From: a virus
Length of the DNA stretch: 64,000 nt
Strand: one strand, 5' to 3'
Virus record (IMG/VR): IMGVR_UViG_3300030333_005399
Coordinates: 7,830-71,829 of that record
This document shows positions 37,803-48,158 of this stretch, in pieces (the stretch's first letter is position 1; every line of letters begins with the position of its first letter). The notes beneath the pieces were generated by a model. The model ran no database searches, was not told the origin of the DNA, and saw only the letters and a program-made list of their open reading frames with translations. A program made the translations under genes and the position numbers.

Positions 37803-38321
37803 CTATCTTATTTCTATTCTCTGTGAATCAATAACTGTATTGGAAATAGACCACCACAACCACATGTGTTGACCAATCATTGACTGTACTGGAGCCAATA
37901 CATTTCTAAACTCTCCATCATCGTCAACTAATGAAACTTGATTTGTAACTGGAACATATACGTGTTCACTAAAAACATCTCTTGATGTTGTACCATCCTG
38001 ATCATACCATGTACCATCTTCACATTCTCTACAATCTAACCTAAAATATCCTGTATTATCTGTTATGTGCCAAAACATATCAGAATCCCATTCGACTCGT
38101 GTATACGTGACATCCATATCATTTGATTCGGCAAACCCCCACATGGTATAGAGAGTTTGCCAACTTGATCCTAAATCTATTTCTGGTATGTATTCAACCG
38201 TAACATAGACTGTTCCATGATTGTCATCGAGCGGCTCAGCCGGTGATTCACAACCTATGAAAAATAATAGTAAGCTACCGAGAACGATTCCGCTTATGTT
38301 TTTTAGGATATTTTGTTCCAT
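37803..38321 (-). CDS. Putative lipoprotein
   Basis: Lipobox-like LLLFFIG|C. Confidence 0.6.
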   Translation of the reverse strand: MEQNILKNISGIVLGSLLLFFIGCESPAEPLDDNHGTVYVTVEYIPEIDLGSSWQTLYTMWGFAESNDMDVTYTRVEWDSDMFWHITDNTGYFRLDCRECEDGTWYDQDGTTSRDVFSEHVYVPVTNQVSLVDDDGEFRNVLAPVQSMIGQHMWLWWSISNTVIDSQRIEIR

Positions 38322-38463
38322 TTCTTTTAGACTCCTTTAGTACTTTGTGTTTGGTGTAAGAAAGCTTTTTAGAAGATCTATGTCTCTTTTTTCTAACCTC
38401 ATCTATGTCACTGTTCTCGTATTCTTCCTCATAAAGGCTATAATCTATATTCATCATATTCTC

Positions 38464-38709
38464 CTAGTTAAACAAAACCTTTAATTTATTTAGATGATCT
38501 AAAAACTCTGTTATGGAGTATTTCGTACCTTGATCTGTTACAATTTCTGTATCCTTCAAGTGACTAGGACTCCGTTCTATTATTGTTTCCAAAGTTTGCA
38601 TACCTCTCTCAGCATAAAACGTACCAAAGCTTTCACGACCTAAAATATTAGCATCGTATTGTACTTGTGTTTTGTCATCGTCTGGTAGAAATATATAAAA
38701 CTCTGTCAT
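38464..38709 (-). CDS. Hypothetical protein, probably leaderless
   Basis: ATG only 5 nt after the TAGATT box; no RBS. Confidence 0.55.
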   Translation of the reverse strand: MTEFYIFLPDDDKTQVQYDANILGRESFGTFYAERGMQTLETIIERSPSHLKDTEIVTDQGTKYSITEFLDHLNKLKVLFN

Positions 38710-38711
38710 TC

Positions 38712-38749
38712 TAGAATCTAAACGTATTCTCGATTAATGTACATGTTTT
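38712..38749 (-). promoter_or_regulatory. Conserved phage promoter motif, copy 8
   Basis: ACATGTAC-N18-TAGATTCTA. Confidence 0.75.
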
Positions 38750-39240
38750 TATGCGTTTTCCTCTGCTTTTTTATCGACTAAGTCTTTCTTTTTAGCAGCT
38801 TTTTCCGTATCTATTTCTTCTTGAAATACCTTCTTCTTGCCACCGTCATACTCGTATGCGTGTCCCTCATTGATAAGAATATCGTTTATGCTAACCAATC
38901 CATCTGATGTCTTATCCACGTTCTCAGCTATCTCATGTCCAACTGCATCTGGTGAAACATATATCTCACCCAATACACGACCAAATTTACCAGTTCCGTG
39001 TGATATTATTTTAAAAACACCAGCTTCAAGTAACTCCTTGTTACGAGCTTTTGCAGCTAATCCCTTTTTCTTCTCTTCTAAATCACGAGTTCTACTTTCC
39101 CAAGTATCAATACCCATATACCTAATTCGTTTCTTTATCTTAAGATCGAAACCTAAATCAATGTAAGCATCAATTGTATCTCCATCTAAAACTCTAATCA
39201 GCGTCCCATTATATTCGAATGACGCAGGTTTTTTTGGCAT
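38749..39240 (-). CDS. Thermonuclease (SNase-like)
   Basis: RVLDGDTI, RIRYMGIDT, GKFGRVL, LINEGHA. Confidence 0.9.
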   Translation of the reverse strand: MPKKPASFEYNGTLIRVLDGDTIDAYIDLGFDLKIKKRIRYMGIDTWESRTRDLEEKKKGLAAKARNKELLEAGVFKIISHGTGKFGRVLGEIYVSPDAVGHEIAENVDKTSDGLVSINDILINEGHAYEYDGGKKKVFQEEIDTEKAAKKKDLVDKKAEENA

Positions 39241-39264
39241 AACAGTTCTCCGTTTAAACCTTTG

Positions 39265-39315
39265 TTAACAACAACCGCAATCGCAATTGCAATTTTCACA
39301 TTCACATTTTTTCAT
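39265..39315 (-). CDS. Metallothionein-like micropeptide MKKCECENCNCDCGCC
   Basis: 7 Cys in 16 aa; GGAG RBS 6 nt upstream. Confidence 0.6.
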   Translation of the reverse strand: MKKCECENCNCDCGCC

Positions 39316-39347
39316 TGCAGTCTCCATTATAATAATAAATAGAGTAT

Positions 39348-40130
39348 TTATACGCTTTTATCATTAGTTTTAGGGTCATGTTTTATGTAATCTCCCCACT
39401 TCCACTTAGCGTACTCATGACACTCTATCTCTGTCAACCTATTTGCTTCCTCCTGTTGTGTAGACTTCTGAGCTAACGACACGAAATGGTAGAAGTGAGA
39501 TCGATATGATCTCATCATTCTTAAACCTGATAGCTTAGCCTTTAAAAAGAAATCCCAATCGGCGACTAACCCAGCTTGAGAAGGATAGTTTGTATCCCAT
39601 CCTCCAAGATATAAAAATGCGTTCTTAGAAATTAACACGGGAAATGTTGAACCTGTAACATCAGTTTCTTTCTCAGATATACTGTCTTCGTAATCCCAAA
39701 ATTTTTCCAAATCAAATGTTTTTGGATCTCGTCCTAAATCTTTTATGTGAAACTGTTCAAATATAGAATCGTACGGTTCTATATGATTTGGTGCTACAAC
39801 CCAATTTTCATTACAATATAAAACTAACTTCTTATCCCAATCTCTTGGAAATACGTTATCGTCATTAACAATTAAAACGTATGGTTGTGTTGCAGAACTA
39901 ACACCGATATTGATTGCATGTCCTGTACCGTAGTTTTCATCTAACACGATATACTTTACCGTTTCGTATTTGTCAAGTACTTCTTTATTTATATCATACG
40001 TACCATCTACGACTACTATAATTTCTTCGTAGTTAGTCTTCATTCCTTCTACTGCAGATCGTAAACAAAGATCTAAAGCTTCTGGTTCCTTATATGTTGG
40101 TATTATTACAGAAATCATTGTGCACTCCAA
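39348..40130 (-). CDS. GT2 glycosyltransferase
   Basis: ISVIIPTY, VVDG, NDD, ADWDF. Confidence 0.88.
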   Translation of the reverse strand: MECTMISVIIPTYKEPEALDLCLRSAVEGMKTNYEEIIVVVDGTYDINKEVLDKYETVKYIVLDENYGTGHAINIGVSSATQPYVLIVNDDNVFPRDWDKKLVLYCNENWVVAPNHIEPYDSIFEQFHIKDLGRDPKTFDLEKFWDYEDSISEKETDVTGSTFPVLISKNAFLYLGGWDTNYPSQAGLVADWDFFLKAKLSGLRMMRSYRSHFYHFVSLAQKSTQQEEANRLTEIECHEYAKWKWGDYIKHDPKTNDKSV

Positions 40131-40807
40131 TCAGTTAGTGGAGACAACCATGCCGTTTCTCCATGAGTGGAAAAACCTGGAATCGATGATATTAGTAAAT
40201 GTCCATTCTCTCTTAAATCTAAAAACATTTTAAAATCTTCTGGATATGTTGCAGTTGTCCACTTTCTTAGTATAGGTTCTGTCTCTCTCAACACATCCAC
40301 TCTTGCAGCAAATGTCATTGTTGTAGAGTTCGTTACTTTCCAATGACATGTCTTCGTTAAATAAACTCTTGTATCTTCAGCACCACCTTCACAGTATGGA
40401 TTACCACCTTTACTTGGATCTAAGTATTTGTCTGGATGATCGTACAATGCAACAAAAGATGCTCCGAGATCTATACCTTCTTGAAGTACTTCTCGAGCTT
40501 GTCCTTTGTGGAGATAATCGTTTTCTAAAAAGTAAATATAATCTTCACCTTTAAACTGATCCAATGCCATATCTAAAGCAATGTTAAATGTACCTGCGCC
40601 ATGACCAACCTGCACTTTAGTTATACTACTCTTTGGAAACTCTTTACGTATCATCTTCATAGTTCTTGGTCCACAACCATCTGCAATTACATGAATGTTA
40701 CTAGAACCAAACCTGAGTGATGCGTTAAATAAACATTTTTCGTTATTTATATAGTCTGGTTTTTCCTTTGCGTAACCACCATCAGATATTCTATATATTA
40801 CTTTCAT
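40115..40807 (-). CDS. GT-A fold glycosyltransferase
   Basis: IYFLENDYLH (DxD-like), PGFSTH. Confidence 0.7.
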   Translation of the reverse strand: MKVIYRISDGGYAKEKPDYINNEKCLFNASLRFGSSNIHVIADGCGPRTMKMIRKEFPKSSITKVQVGHGAGTFNIALDMALDQFKGEDYIYFLENDYLHKGQAREVLQEGIDLGASFVALYDHPDKYLDPSKGGNPYCEGGAEDTRVYLTKTCHWKVTNSTTMTFAARVDVLRETEPILRKWTTATYPEDFKMFLDLRENGHLLISSIPGFSTHGETAWLSPLTDWSAQ

Positions 40808-41939
40808 TGTATGTCCTCAATAATTCTTCTATGTATATGTTTTTAGCACAAAAATCTATTCCACCAGCAAGTGTTGTCTTTATAAATTCTCTATCTTGTT
40901 CGAAACTGTTAACTATTTCTATCATGTCGACTTCAGTTGGATCAACCAAATAATTGTAATCGTAAAAATTACCGACCTGTCCAGTTCCTTCAATTACTAT
41001 CGTTCTCTTACCAAACTGTATAGGTTTAAACGCCAACGTTGATAATGCGCTCACCACGACATTCGAATTTGCAACTAATGTGTTTATATCATCGCTATCT
41101 ACAACAACCTTTCCATTTGGAATCAAATCCATTACGTACTCAATATTCTTTTCTCTGTTTGGATCGTCTAATCGTGACTTAATTTTTGTGACTATTGGCA
41201 ATCCATATTCTTGTGACATCTGTTCTAATTGCGTATCTCTCACAAACTGTTCATCTAATGCTCTAGAAAATGGATGAGATCTGTTACCTAAAAAATTAGG
41301 TATAACCAATATGTGTTTGTCTACATATCCGATACTAGTTTGATGTTCGTAATATAAATCAAACATTAAATCGTTAGCTGGTATTCCACCAACTAAAACA
41401 TCGTTTGTATCGAAAACTTGCGAGAATATTTGTTTCTCTTTTTCCCCAAATACAAATATTTTGTCAAATGATTTCTTCATTCCATTATGACCGAATATTC
41501 CAGATTCGTTGAACTCTTGATTTCCATGGTGATTACCAATAACCAAACATCCGTTTTCTTTTGCCTTTCTATACAACGCTGGCATCTTTAGTTCTGGCAT
41601 TTCCTTACAGTCATCAAATATTATTAATGGAAAATCTTGTACATCAACCCAATCATTTAAGTCATCTGCAAATCTATCCCCGTGAAACCTAAATCCTGGA
41701 CCATTTATGATATTCTTACAGTATACTTTGTACTTTTCCATATCTACAACTCTAGGATCTGAATCTCCATTCCACGGAGTCTTTGAACTATACTCACCTA
41801 TCCTGAAGATTGTAATCTCAAATGTTTTAGATAATTTTGGAATTATTGGTAATATCTTTTCGCATACTCTTGGGTTGCTGAGTATCAATAAACATTTAGA
41901 GTATGGAGGATTTTTGAATACAAACTTTTTATCCGACAT
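40791..41939 (-). CDS. GT-B-like capsule/sialyl- or glycerophosphotransferase-like protein
   Basis: HHG, FVFGE, GGIP, VVSALSTL; cluster context. Confidence 0.45.
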   Translation of the reverse strand: MSDKKFVFKNPPYSKCLLILSNPRVCEKILPIIPKLSKTFEITIFRIGEYSSKTPWNGDSDPRVVDMEKYKVYCKNIINGPGFRFHGDRFADDLNDWVDVQDFPLIIFDDCKEMPELKMPALYRKAKENGCLVIGNHHGNQEFNESGIFGHNGMKKSFDKIFVFGEKEKQIFSQVFDTNDVLVGGIPANDLMFDLYYEHQTSIGYVDKHILVIPNFLGNRSHPFSRALDEQFVRDTQLEQMSQEYGLPIVTKIKSRLDDPNREKNIEYVMDLIPNGKVVVDSDDINTLVANSNVVVSALSTLAFKPIQFGKRTIVIEGTGQVGNFYDYNYLVDPTEVDMIEIVNSFEQDREFIKTTLAGGIDFCAKNIYIEELLRTYNESNI

Positions 41940-42654
41940 GTCTCATCGCCCTCGGTAGTGTAGCAAACTCATCAGTTTTCTCTAAATTATTTTGTGGTTG
42001 ATGAGCTATAAATGTTTTATTAATTCTGTTAACCTTAATTTCTGGCATCTTCCATAGAGAATAACAAAAAGATATTTGATCTTCTGTGTTCCACTTAGCC
42101 GTCTCTTCAAACCACATCTCATTAAATTTTACAACGTTGTCATTGTTTCGTCTAAACAATATTCCATTCTCGTACAAGCCACGTCCTTCTGCGTAACCAT
42201 CTTTTTTGTATTGTTCTGCTTGATTTATGACCATCTCAGCAGTATCTCTCTTTGTTCCTGGTCTCTGAAGAGCTGCTTGAGTTTCTTGATATATGCAAGT
42301 CCTATCACTGTGTGAATGTACAGCTACATCATGGTTTTCTAAATACTTCTCGGCTAACGATACTGGATCGTATGCGAAATATATCTGTGCGTCCATCCAA
42401 AGCCATGCATCATAATCTGGTAACACTCTATGTGGAGCAGTTTTTATTTTTCTAGCTGACCATCTACCATCTCTCCAAACATCTGTCTTTCTTACATCCC
42501 AAAAATCTTCACTTATGTAGTCACTGTTTGTGTAGCAAATGTAATCTACACCATCCTTATCGTGTTCATAATGAATTATGTCACCGTATAATTTGTTTGG
42601 ATCATCAGTGTATAAAGCAGTAACAACTGCTAGCTTCATGACATTCCCCTCCAT
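41929..42654 (-). CDS. DUF616-like glycosyltransferase
   Basis: YICYT, KTAPH, WMDA, HSDRTCIYQE, DQISF. Confidence 0.75.
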   Translation of the reverse strand: MEGNVMKLAVVTALYTDDPNKLYGDIIHYEHDKDGVDYICYTNSDYISEDFWDVRKTDVWRDGRWSARKIKTAPHRVLPDYDAWLWMDAQIYFAYDPVSLAEKYLENHDVAVHSHSDRTCIYQETQAALQRPGTKRDTAEMVINQAEQYKKDGYAEGRGLYENGILFRRNNDNVVKFNEMWFEETAKWNTEDQISFCYSLWKMPEIKVNRINKTFIAHQPQNNLEKTDEFATLPRAMRHVG

Positions 42655-43283
42655 GTTGCTCCGTTATTGGTGTAATAGTGATGAGCTCTAAGTTCTGGCC
42701 AATATAAGAATTCCTCTCCTCTACCAACCATATCTATTGCCCAATACCTATCTTCCTTACCCGAATATGATTCTGGCATAGGATACTGCATTAATGTATC
42801 ACGTCTATAAAAGCAAAAAGCATTATGTAGAAACAACCTATCTTCTATTTTGGAATGCATGTTAACTACGTCTTTTTCTCCGAAGTGTGACCAAATATAA
42901 CGAGGTGTAATTTTCTTTCCCATGTAAATCGGAATTTGCTTTCCAAACACTGCACAATATGCATTTAGTTTCTTATAAAAGTTCCAACCAACTAAAGCCT
43001 TTATTTGACAATGAGCAGATAAAACTAAACATACTTCTTGATTGGCTTCCTTTACACCCATGTTTATAGATCTTCCAGGGGTGTACTTGTCTTTTTCAAT
43101 TGATATTATTTTAATATCTGCTCTGTCAACGAATAAATTTACTACTCCTAACGTATCATCAGTTGATTCATTGTCTACAACAATTATTTCTGGATCGTTT
43201 AGATGATCCAAACATGATTGTATTGCAAAACCTATATGATCTTGTTCGTTCTTAGAACGTATTATAACCGATACATTATCCAT
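42636..43283 (-). CDS. GT2 glycosyltransferase
   Basis: VSVIIRSKNE, VDNESTDDT, EDRYW. Confidence 0.88.
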   Translation of the reverse strand: MDNVSVIIRSKNEQDHIGFAIQSCLDHLNDPEIIVVDNESTDDTLGVVNLFVDRADIKIISIEKDKYTPGRSINMGVKEANQEVCLVLSAHCQIKALVGWNFYKKLNAYCAVFGKQIPIYMGKKITPRYIWSHFGEKDVVNMHSKIEDRLFLHNAFCFYRRDTLMQYPMPESYSGKEDRYWAIDMVGRGEEFLYWPELRAHHYYTNNGATWRGMS

Positions 43284-44076
43284 CGAATCTCCCAGTCATT
43301 ATGTCTCTTGCTTCCTGTTCACACGGTAAATAATTATCACCATGACTGTAATTCATTTTTTCATACATGTCAATATAATCCCTTAACTTTCTTAGATCTT
43401 CTGGTAAAATGCTAAACTTATTATCCCTACCAGGTAAGGATTGATCTATCGTAAAATGTTTTTCTATTACGGTTGGATTGTATCCTAATGCTACCTTTGA
43501 ACCTTCTATTCCTGGTGTATGATCGCTGTACCCTACTTCTGGAAAATATTTCCTTAGTGAGGCAATACGTGGTAGATTACAGTTTTCATAGTCTAATGGA
43601 TACGCAGATATACAATGCAATATTACAAACTTTCCAACATCTAAACTTCTTAACGTATCTCGTATTTCATTAACTGAAGACGTACCAGTCGATAAGTATA
43701 TTTTATCAAAGTTATAGTAACAGTAAGTTATGAGTTCCACGTTACGTGATTCGAAGCTAGCTATTTTTACAGTGTCGACTCCTATACTAGCTAGTAGTTT
43801 TGCATCTTCAATACTAAACACTGATGAGAAGAACGGTATACCGTATGATTCACTAAAATTCTTTAATGATATATGGTCGTCTTTAGATAATTCTGCTTTC
43901 TTGTATATTTCTAACCTACCGTCATCGTCCCATGGTCCATGTTTAAGTCTTTGAACCGACCACGTTTGAAACTTTACAAAGTCAGCACCATTATCCTTTG
44001 CCTTTTGTATCATTTGTTTCGCTAAAGCTAAATCACCCATGTGATTCCAACCTATTTCTGCTATTATCTTTGTCAT
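43276..44076 (-). CDS. neuB: N-acetylneuraminate/nonulosonate synthase (short form, no C-terminal SAF domain)
   Basis: IAEIGWNHMG, VKFQ, KIAS, LHCISAYP, GYSDH, IEKHFT. Confidence 0.92.
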   Translation of the reverse strand: MTKIIAEIGWNHMGDLALAKQMIQKAKDNGADFVKFQTWSVQRLKHGPWDDDGRLEIYKKAELSKDDHISLKNFSESYGIPFFSSVFSIEDAKLLASIGVDTVKIASFESRNVELITYCYYNFDKIYLSTGTSSVNEIRDTLRSLDVGKFVILHCISAYPLDYENCNLPRIASLRKYFPEVGYSDHTPGIEGSKVALGYNPTVIEKHFTIDQSLPGRDNKFSILPEDLRKLRDYIDMYEKMNYSHGDNYLPCEQEARDIMTGRFDG

Positions 44077-44618
44077 TGTATTGCCTCTAAATCTTCTTTG
44101 TAATGTATGTCTACTGCTGAATCTTTAATGATACCCATTCTTTTCGAAACTGTTCCGTTTACTAAGTCATCGTATTTGAATATTCTGACAGATCCACTTC
44201 TTTTATATTTTTCATTCACTGTAACCAGGTCGTCGTATTTATTCGATACCATATAATCCAAACATTCGTCTAATGTGTTACTACGATTTGGGTTATCTGG
44301 TTGGAGACACACTACATAATCGTAATACGTATCTGAATTTTTTACGACAGCTAAATATACTTCTACTACCTCAACATCTCCACAAAGCGAAGAGTCCCGA
44401 TAATGATGATACACTCCACGTGGTATCATCGAAGCTAATTTTGCACTTTCGGTAGATACAACTATAGTATTTAAATGACGTGTGTCCTTTGCGTAATCTA
44501 TACTATGATGAAACAGAGGTTTGCCATCTAATTGCTGAATGTTCTTTTCTTTTAGTCTCGTGGAATCTAACTTAGCTGGTATGATCGTTAATATTTTATA
44601 ACGTCGTTTGCTTTTCAT
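44073..44618 (-). CDS. neuA: Acylneuraminate cytidylyltransferase family
   Basis: IIPAKLDSTRLKEKN, VSTE, LQPDNP, VDIH. Confidence 0.8.
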   Translation of the reverse strand: MKSKRRYKILTIIPAKLDSTRLKEKNIQQLDGKPLFHHSIDYAKDTRHLNTIVVSTESAKLASMIPRGVYHHYRDSSLCGDVEVVEVYLAVVKNSDTYYDYVVCLQPDNPNRSNTLDECLDYMVSNKYDDLVTVNEKYKRSGSVRIFKYDDLVNGTVSKRMGIIKDSAVDIHYKEDLEAIQ

Positions 44619-45285
44619 GAAATTGTCCTCTTTTAGATTTGTCTATCCATAAATCGTGTTCGCTCATCGATTCGTATTCTAATTCTACACAGTTTGGTAT
44701 TATATCCCTTTGATAGTTCTTCCACATAGAATAGAAAGCATTTAGGTAGTATGAGTTTTTATCGACTACCTTATCAAATACTTCTCCAGCTTTTGAATCT
44801 AATCTACAGTAATGATAACGTTCTACGTCAAACATTGTTTCCTGTAATATCCAATCACTTAATCTACCATTCTTTCTGTACACTGATTTTATAATATCTG
44901 ACCACTTTCGATGCATAAAAATAATCATATCATCTTCAGTTGCCAAACTGTGTATATGTGGTGTCATAGCTGGAGCTTGTACAACAATTCTATCCTTATT
45001 TCGTATTATATCTGTAAACTTATCAACATCAATAACATCAAATGCATCTTCATCTACCACTTCCCATCCCATGGTCCATGCGAATGCTTTAGATGTAAAT
45101 GTAGTTCCACTTCTCTGTGGACCAACAATGATTATTCTTTTGCAATCCTTTATTGACCACCTCTCATGATAAACCATAGGATCCATTTCTATTTGAAACT
45201 GGTCTATCTCTTCAAATGCTTTTTGTATAGTTTCCTCATCTAACCATACTTTTGGTGGTAATTCTAGAGTTTGTTTATTGCCCAT
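44596..45285 (-). CDS. Sulfotransferase-like P-loop protein
   Basis: IIVGPQRSGTT, R-x7-S, LEYE. Confidence 0.7.
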   Translation of the reverse strand: MGNKQTLELPPKVWLDEETIQKAFEEIDQFQIEMDPMVYHERWSIKDCKRIIIVGPQRSGTTFTSKAFAWTMGWEVVDEDAFDVIDVDKFTDIIRNKDRIVVQAPAMTPHIHSLATEDDMIIFMHRKWSDIIKSVYRKNGRLSDWILQETMFDVERYHYCRLDSKAGEVFDKVVDKNSYYLNAFYSMWKNYQRDIIPNCVELEYESMSEHDLWIDKSKRGQFHEKQTTL

Positions 45286-46220
45286 GTGTATGCCTTTTCT
45301 TGTCCTTCAAATGTCATACCTCCTATGTGAGGCGTTATTATAACGTTATGTCCATCTCTAGCTGCGTTAACAATTGGTGAATCGTTTATGTCTCCAAACT
45401 CATCTTCTAAAACATCAGTTCCATAACCTAAAATTTTACCAGATTTTAAACCATCTACAACATCTGGTTCTTTTACTATTTCTCCTCTCGAAGTATTAAT
45501 CAAATAAAAACCTTTTTTTGATTTGTTAATCAATTCTTTGTTTACCATTCCTATTGTTGTATCATTAACATGAACGTGTAAACTTATAACATCACAATCC
45601 GTAAACATTTTTTCTAACGTACAGTTGTTATAATGCAACGTTGGATCATTCATTATGTCAGGATCTCTATCATAAATATATACGTCAATCCCGAAAGCAT
45701 GAAAATAATTAGCCATCATTGAACCCAATCTTCCATAACCTATAATTCCAGCCTTCATTCCTCTCATCTGTCTTCCAACATATGGTGTGTAGCTCCATTC
45801 ACCTTTTATCACAGATTGAGATGACTTTGTAATGTTTCTGAGTAAGTCACATGTTAACCCAAACGCCAACTCTGCAGTTGAAGGCAAATGTTGTAATAAA
45901 TCATGATCGTTAGTTAAGGATAAAACGTTTATGTTCCATAATTTACACCAATCCATGTCTATGTGATTCAACCCTGTAGAACATGTTAATATTGTTTTTA
46001 TTCCATTACTTAATATTCTTGAACCTATCTTAAATTGCTGTTCATTGGGATTGCATATAAGTGTGTCTATTTTTGCTCTTTGTACAAAATTTACAACGTT
46101 CCCTTCAGTCACTTTACCTTGTAAATAGTACACATTATTGTCACCTAATTTTTTATCAATGAGCTTCTTTACGTTTGGTAAGTGATCAACTGGTGTTATA
46201 ACTGCTGCTCTCATGTCCAT
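45264..46220 (-). CDS. D-2-hydroxyacid dehydrogenase family
   Basis: GIIGYGRLG, INTSRG, TPHIGG. Confidence 0.9.
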   Translation of the reverse strand: MDMRAAVITPVDHLPNVKKLIDKKLGDNNVYYLQGKVTEGNVVNFVQRAKIDTLICNPNEQQFKIGSRILSNGIKTILTCSTGLNHIDMDWCKLWNINVLSLTNDHDLLQHLPSTAELAFGLTCDLLRNITKSSQSVIKGEWSYTPYVGRQMRGMKAGIIGYGRLGSMMANYFHAFGIDVYIYDRDPDIMNDPTLHYNNCTLEKMFTDCDVISLHVHVNDTTIGMVNKELINKSKKGFYLINTSRGEIVKEPDVVDGLKSGKILGYGTDVLEDEFGDINDSPIVNAARDGHNVIITPHIGGMTFEGQEKAYTWAINKL

Positions 46221-47194
46221 GCCTCAATTATTTCGTCCATAACATCCTCTGTTGTCTTAGTTACTTTGTAGTTTAATAATTTCTTAGCTTTGTCTAAATT
46301 TGCAAACCTAACCCTTATTTCTGGGTATCCTTTAAATCGTTCTTCCATCGGCATATATTTTATGTCACCTGAATATCGTATTCTGTCAGTAATATATTCA
46401 GCTATATACTTTATTGTTGTTTGTTGATCGGTTCCTAAATTTATTATTTCTCCATTTGTTCGAACACTATTATCCATCACTGCATAAAAACCTTTTACAA
46501 CATCTTCAGCATGAGATATAGATCTCGTTTGTAGTCCATCGTCAAATATTGTTATTTCTTCACCTTTAATTGCTTGTACTGTAAACAATGCAACATGCAT
46601 TCCCAAATAACTCTTAGCCGATCTCTTCGATGCACAACCAAATACACGTATTATTGTTGCATTCAATTTTCGTTTATTAACTAAGTTCAAAATGTATTGT
46701 TCACTATGTAGTTTTGACATTGCATAAGAATATCTTTCTATATTTGAAGGACCAATTGCTATCGGATCTGATTCTAAAAATGTATCGTGATTTCCGTATA
46801 CATCAGAAGTGGATGCAAATACTAAATGAGCATTGTTTTTTATTGCTAAATCTACAACTCGTTTTGTCATTCTAAAATTTACATCTAAAATATTTGTTTC
46901 ATCTATATCATTCCATAATTTTTTTACTGACGCAAAATGATATATGAAATCTATATCAGTTATATCACAACCACACGAAACTTCACACATACAACTATTC
47001 GATAATCTTGTAAAATCAGTTGAACAATCGGATTCAATAAATTCTACGTTTTCATTAATGTTATCGATGTTACCATAAGAAAGGTCATCAACTGCAATTA
47101 CTTCATGACCATTACTTACTAGTAAGTCACACATGTGGCTACCAATTAATCCTGCTGCTCCAGTTACCAATACTTTCATTTTAATACTCTCCAA
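46211..47194 (-). CDS. NAD-dependent nucleotide-sugar epimerase/dehydratase/decarboxylase
   Basis: TGAAGLIG, ASTSDVYG, YAMSK. Confidence 0.9.
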   Translation of the reverse strand: MESIKMKVLVTGAAGLIGSHMCDLLVSNGHEVIAVDDLSYGNIDNINENVEFIESDCSTDFTRLSNSCMCEVSCGCDITDIDFIYHFASVKKLWNDIDETNILDVNFRMTKRVVDLAIKNNAHLVFASTSDVYGNHDTFLESDPIAIGPSNIERYSYAMSKLHSEQYILNLVNKRKLNATIIRVFGCASKRSAKSYLGMHVALFTVQAIKGEEITIFDDGLQTRSISHAEDVVKGFYAVMDNSVRTNGEIINLGTDQQTTIKYIAEYITDRIRYSGDIKYMPMEERFKGYPEIRVRFANLDKAKKLLNYKVTKTTEDVMDEIIEAWT

Positions 47195-48158
47195 AGTCGT
47201 ACGTTTTTAATGGTCCTTTATCGTAATCGTGGTGATAGTAATCGTAAATTAACGTTCCTTCATAATTGTGCTTTATAGCTTCAAATGTTCCGTATACATT
47301 CTCATAGTCCCAACCCCATCTCTCTTTCCATGCAGTAAAATGATCACCATAACTACCGAAATGGTATGAGTCTCCCTGTTGTGCTCCAACTGCACTATTA
47401 TAATTCATTCCATATTTCTCTTTAAGCCACTGATTGTTATAACAATACAATCTTGGAAGCTGAACTATTGGAAAGTTATTATAGTTCAATTGCATTGCTA
47501 CATCTGGATACCAAATGTGAAATTGATAGTCTTCACTAGCTATGACTTTATCCTTCCATACATTTACATTTAACCCTACCACCGGCCACATTGCGAATTC
47601 ACATATAAAGGGATTTTTAAATAGTTCAGGTTTATTTCTAACCGTTAAATTTTTTCCTGTTGCCAACCATCTTCCACTATTATCTGATATACCTAGGTGT
47701 CCAAACCCAATGCCACCAATTGGCATCTCACCCCTTTGGAATAGTTCCCAAGCATTTCCAGCATAATCACCCTTATCCAATATATTAAACCCTACTCCAC
47801 CAAATTCGTCTAACTGTCCAGTCTCTATTAATGCTGATAATCTAGAAAAGAAGTTCTTACTAACTGGATAAATGTCATGTTGAAAACAAATAATCCACTT
47901 ACAATTTGGTCTATTATCAGATATAAAATCAACAACAGTATCTGTGGCCATTTGTACACCTCTGGATTTATTCTCTAAGAATACAACACCAGCAGTTTCA
48001 CACATTTGTTTACCCTTTTGTACTTCCTCTTCTGATGACTTATCGTCTACATTTATTAGTTCAAACCCTTCTCTATCTATATTCTTAAACACTTCACCTT
48101 CTAACATGTCATAATTGTTTCTAGATGAAACGTATATTATAATGTTTTCATTGTTCAT
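47181..48158 (-). CDS. GT2-like glycosyltransferase
   Basis: NVDDKS, FQHD. Confidence 0.7.
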   Translation of the reverse strand: MNNENIIIYVSSRNNYDMLEGEVFKNIDREGFELINVDDKSSEEEVQKGKQMCETAGVVFLENKSRGVQMATDTVVDFISDNRPNCKWIICFQHDIYPVSKNFFSRLSALIETGQLDEFGGVGFNILDKGDYAGNAWELFQRGEMPIGGIGFGHLGISDNSGRWLATGKNLTVRNKPELFKNPFICEFAMWPVVGLNVNVWKDKVIASEDYQFHIWYPDVAMQLNYNNFPIVQLPRLYCYNNQWLKEKYGMNYNSAVGAQQGDSYHFGSYGDHFTAWKERWGWDYENVYGTFEAIKHNYEGTLIYDYYHHDYDKGPLKTYDFGEY

